Notes under the pieces: generated by a model
Database searches by the model: none
The model's input: the letters and a program-made list of their open reading frames with translations, nothing else
Told to the model about the DNA's origin: nothing
Shown here: positions 60,774 through 64,000 of the stretch, one piece after another
Numbering within the stretch: the first letter of the stretch is position 1
Layout of the letters: each line of letters opens with the position of its first letter
Made by a program: the position numbers and the translations under genes
Source: Candidatus Caldarchaeum sp.
GTDB lineage: Archaea; Thermoproteota; Nitrososphaeria_A; Caldarchaeales; Caldarchaeaceae
Assembly (NCBI GenBank): GCA_033580815.1
Contig: JAVQUC010000002.1
Location: 4,259 to 68,258 of the forward strand
Length of the DNA: 64,000 bases
Direction: 5' to 3'

Positions 60774-61249
60774 ACTTTGAAGATTTTCTCCCTGGGTTTC
60801 GTCGAATAAACAGTGACTACCGACTCTCTGAACCTCTTGTTCGGCACGATGATGATACATTCGTCACCCGATATGATTGTCCGAGTTAACGTGATTTCGA
60901 TAATTTTCCCCTTTTTCCCGTCGACCTCCACTTCGCTTCCGATGTTGATCCTTGGGTCCAGAACAAGCGATATGCCGGCGAAGACGTCGCTGACGTAGGG
61001 CACAAGGGAAAGGGCTAGGAGAAGGCCTAGAGCGCCCGCCGTCGCCAAAACACCGAGCACAAACTCAAAAAGCCGCCAAAGATAGGCGACATAGCCCACG
61101 TATGCGGCCGACAGGAGAACCAACACGGGATAAAGAATCTTCCTAGCCTCCTCCCTAAACCTCCGTTTTAGAAGGTGACGGACCAGAAAGACCACAACAA
61201 CGAACGCAACCGAGGCAACTAGGGTGCCGAAAATTTCAGTTTCGAGCAT
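60770..61249 (-). CDS. Small MscS-family mechanosensitive channel protein
   Basis: 3 TM segments then SDVFAGI..INIGSEVEV..GKIIEITL..T..IIVPN. Confidence 0.75.
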   Translation of the reverse strand: MLETEIFGTLVASVAFVVVVFLVRHLLKRRFREEARKILYPVLVLLSAAYVGYVAYLWRLFEFVLGVLATAGALGLLLALSLVPYVSDVFAGISLVLDPRINIGSEVEVDGKKGKIIEITLTRTIISGDECIIIVPNKRFRESVVTVYSTKPREKIFKV

Positions 61250-61466
61250 GCATGCAAATCATAGAATGCTGATTTTACCTTTTCCCGGTTCAAGTGCTCG
61301 TAAAAATTCTTTAGTTCGTGACTGCGGGAGCGAAAGTCATCGAGACCTTTTGAACGACGTGGTATAGACGCAGAATTCGATGATTTCCCCCAAAGATAAG
61401 GTGGAAATCGTGATTCGGGCGTGTTAGACATAATCTTCACGGTAATCGCGTTGAAAACTGCACCAA

Positions 61467-61522
61467 AGCTCAGAGCTCAAGATCCCGATCACGGCTTCAG
61501 CCTGGTCAGACTCATCATCGCG
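61467..61522 (-). ncRNA. Box C/D methylation-guide sRNA
   Basis: Reverse complement ATGATGA (C, 61518-61512) - GTCTGACCAGG - CTGA (D', 61500-61497) - agcc GTGAT (C') - CGGGATCTTGAGCT - CTGA (D, 61473-61470); CTTAAAA TATA at 61551-61545. Confidence 0.75.
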
Positions 61523-62106
61523 ATTATCAGTATTTTACACGAGGTTTTAAGGCTTCGACCGGTTTCCTTCGGTGTTTCTCCGCTTTCGAGCCTTTATGGG
61601 CTAGACGGCAGTTTGCCGCCGGTTTGCCGGTTAATCTTCTCGCTCATGTTTGTTTGGGATTTTTCGCTGGTTCTAGCGCATACACAGGCTGTTAGCAGTT
61701 TTGCTCATGTCCCTTATGTGCGAGTGGCTGCGGAGAGCAAGCGCCGGTGCAGTATATACTAGAGTTGACCATCGGCTTCGTGGTCGGCATGCTGGCGCAC
61801 TTCGCAGCCCGGGGGCTTTGAGGATGATGTGCGCAAAGCAGGGGCCGGATTTCGCAGCTATTCTTGTCGTCACGCTTCCACACGTTCCTGAGCTGGTGCT
61901 CGCAAGGGGCAAGCCTCTTCTCAAACTCTCCGTCCCAGTTAAAGAGGTTCTCGATTGGTGCCCAAACCCTACATAAAGACGCGTGGAAGGCGGGTCACGC
62001 ATTCCATCATGGGTCGGTCGGTAGACTGCAACATCGAGTCTTCGCCGTAGGCATAGGGACATGCTTATTTACTCACGTCGACTCATAGGTCGATTGAGAT
62101 AATGGC

Positions 62107-62412
62107 TTGGGTCGCCGGTTGAAAGCGCTTGCGGCGTGCTTCGCCGCCTTCTTGGTGACTGCTGTACTGGTCCCCATGCTCATCGCCGCGGTGAGGATGC
62201 CGTCGTCCATGCTATATCTTCTACCACCCGACGTTATCAACTGGATAGGCTACATGGTCTGGTTTTTCGGATGGCCTAACATGGCCATGATAGCGGCGTT
62301 GGCGCTCTCCTTCGCATCTGGAAAGCTCAAAATCGCCGTTCCGGCCGGTCTGGCTGCAGGAGCCCTGTCCTACCTAGGTTTCATCGCGATAGTGACGTCG
62401 GTGTTGCCGTGA
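62107..62412 (+). CDS. Small hypothetical membrane protein (about 3 TM)
   Basis: 101 aa, strongly hydrophobic, no recognised motif. Confidence 0.55.
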   Translation: MGRRLKALAACFAAFLVTAVLVPMLIAAVRMPSSMLYLLPPDVINWIGYMVWFFGWPNMAMIAALALSFASGKLKIAVPAGLAAGALSYLGFIAIVTSVLP

Positions 62413-62570
62413 AAAGAATATACGGATTTTAGAGGAGCCATCCAACGCATAATTTCAGACACATGTGAACAGATGGAGCGGAGCCGCGGTTTCTCTGTTG
62501 CTAGTCTTGAAGCCGATTTAGATGTCTGCCGAGCCGTTTAATAGAAAGCGCGAAAAAATTATTAGAGTTG

Positions 62571-63538
62571 TTAAGCCTTCCACATGTTTTGGGATATTTC
62601 CGTTAGCCTTGTTTTTACGGTTCCCCAGTCGGCTGTTTCGGAAAGTTGATAGCTCAGAGCTGACTTGTTGACCGCGTAGCCTGTTTCCACGAGAAAGTCG
62701 AGATGCGATATTGTTTCGAGGATGGCGAGCCATTTTTCTAGGGGCTTTAAGGTGGCAAATTTTCCGCTCGACCAGCTTATTCGCTCCGCAATTAGCGAGG
62801 GCGTTGTATCACCTTGCGCTAAGGCTTGGGCCGTCTGCGACAATCTTTGATAATGGTGAGAAAATATTTCAGATATCCTCTGACGGCACTCCGTGAAAAC
62901 TTCTCCGTGTGAAGGTAGGAAGAGGTCGACCTTGAGGCTTGCGACATAAACGACGCTTTCAAGATAACTCGATAGTGGATGGTATCCAGTTAGGGGAACG
63001 TAGGCAATGTTTGAAGTGTCGTCCATCAGAATTAGGTCTCCGGTGATGGCCGTGGAGCCGTCTGTTAGTATGATATGTCCGGGCGTGTGACCTGGAGTGT
63101 GAATAACTTTCCATCTACCGATCGAGGTTTGGTCTGAAATCGCATGGTCTGGTTCTGGAAGGTTTCGGATAAAACCCAGAGCCATATTAAAAGCCGCCAT
63201 GTCTCCGACGTCGAAGATATTTGGTAACCAGTCGCCAGCTTGAAGCGCGTATTTGAGGGCCTTCAGCTCGTTTTCATGATAGAGAATTTCTGATTTTGTT
63301 TGTTCTTTGATTTTAGATGCTCCGCCGGCGTGGTCGACGTGGAGATGCGTCAAAACAATTTTCGATACATCGTGTTTTCAACCATAGGGTAAAGTTGGTC
63401 GACCGTGTCCGGGTATCCCGTATCGACCAGAACGTATCCATCGCCATGCGGCAACAGAAAAGCCCTGACGGGCTTATGAACACCAGAATGGAGTTCAACG
63501 ACCTTGACACCGCCTAAAGCCTCCCAAACCTCTACCAA
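62571..63538 (-). pseudogene. MBL-fold metallo-hydrolase split by a one-base frameshift (pseudogene or sequencing error)
   Basis: VLVDTGYP in ORF 63350..63652 and THLHVDHAGG, HTPGHTPGH, TGD, LPSHG in ORF 62571..63353; adding one A to the run at 63375-63378 gives MVEKHDVSKIVLTHLHVDH. Confidence 0.8.
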
Positions 63539-63687
63539 CCCATGACGAATGAGACGACGCATTTGATTAAAATTTCTTACAAACACATCCGGAAAGAAAA
63601 GTTGCATACGAAATCTTTGGTCCGGAACAGGAATGACTCCACTTTCGGGCATCTCTCAATTTTTTAGCCCGGCAGATGGAGAAATAG

Positions 63688-64000
63688 ATGCGGATGCCGG
63701 TCTTCAAACACGAGGAAAAACTTTCACCGGAATACGTTCCCGAAAAGCTTCTCTTCAGGGAAGGCGAGCTGAAGCTTCTTTTCGCCTTTTTTTCGTCTCT
63801 TTTGACGGACGAAAGGCCTTTTCACGTCAGAGTTTATCTCTCTGGTGCCGTCGGAACGGGGAAGACCAGTTTGGCCAAGATGTTTGGCCAATCAATCGAG
63901 CAAGAGGCGAGGAAACAGGGTAGAAAAATCCGGTTTCTACACATCAACTGCCGCATCCACAAATCCCTATACACCATATTGCGTAAAGTCGTTGAGCAGC
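63688..64000 (+). CDS. cdc6: Cdc6/Orc1 replication initiator, N-terminal part (3' truncated; not in ORF track)
   Basis: MRMPVFKHEEKLSPEYVPEKLLFREGEL..YLSGAVGTGKTS..LHINCR..LYTIL: L.P.YVP..L..RE motif, Walker A, INC motif. Confidence 0.92.
   Translation, partial: MRMPVFKHEEKLSPEYVPEKLLFREGELKLLFAFFSSLLTDERPFHVRVYLSGAVGTGKTSLAKMFGQSIEQEARKQGRKIRFLHINCRIHKSLYTILRKVVEQ

Noticed and set aside
61474..61511. tRNA-like fragments (AGCCTGGTCAGA, CTCAAGATCCC) as a split tRNA or att-site remnant
   Set aside because: Order is inverted relative to a tRNA, no cloverleaf forms, and both pieces sit exactly in guide positions between C/D boxes on the other strand
61421..61762. 113-aa plus-strand ORF, and the overlapping 61219..61440 and 61673..62062 ORFs
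   Set aside because: No recognisable motif; they overlap each other, and the first is antisense to the better-supported C/D sRNA
1..64000. CRISPR arrays, IS elements, integrases, inteins (atpA, rpoA, mcm) and tRNA introns
   Set aside because: No periodic repeats, no transposase or recombinase motifs, protein lengths normal, both tRNAs intronless

Overview
Gene-dense archaeal chromosomal segment. Unsplit rpoA and rpoB, Elf1, GINS23-MCM and archaeal PpcA point to the Thaumarchaeota/Aigarchaeota (Nitrososphaeria, Caldarchaeales-like) lineage; this placement is inferred from gene content only. The window holds the end of the A/V-ATPase operon (atpA, atpB) and a split-barrel/UbiA-fusion gene pair. 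A ~19 kb cluster (5.2-24 kb) looks like an archaeal variant of reductive purine catabolism: nucleoside ABC importer, adenine deaminase, xanthine-dehydrogenase-family Mo enzyme, SsnA-like amidohydrolase, F420-type LLM reductase, two YgeW-like carbamoyltransferases, carbamate kinase and two PLP lyase paralogs. The rest is the RNA polymerase operon (lacking rps12), replication genes (priS, two GINS, mcm, hel308, start of cdc6), tRNA-processing genes and tRNA-Lys(CUU) and tRNA-Val(UAC). Features absent from the ORF track that I read directly: rpl40e, two small ORFs, the cdc6 start, a box C/D sRNA predicted to guide Cm34 of tRNA-Leu(CAA), and two single-base frameshifts in A-runs. No CRISPR array, transposase, integrase or intein was seen. 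All product calls come from motif recognition by eye, not database searches.
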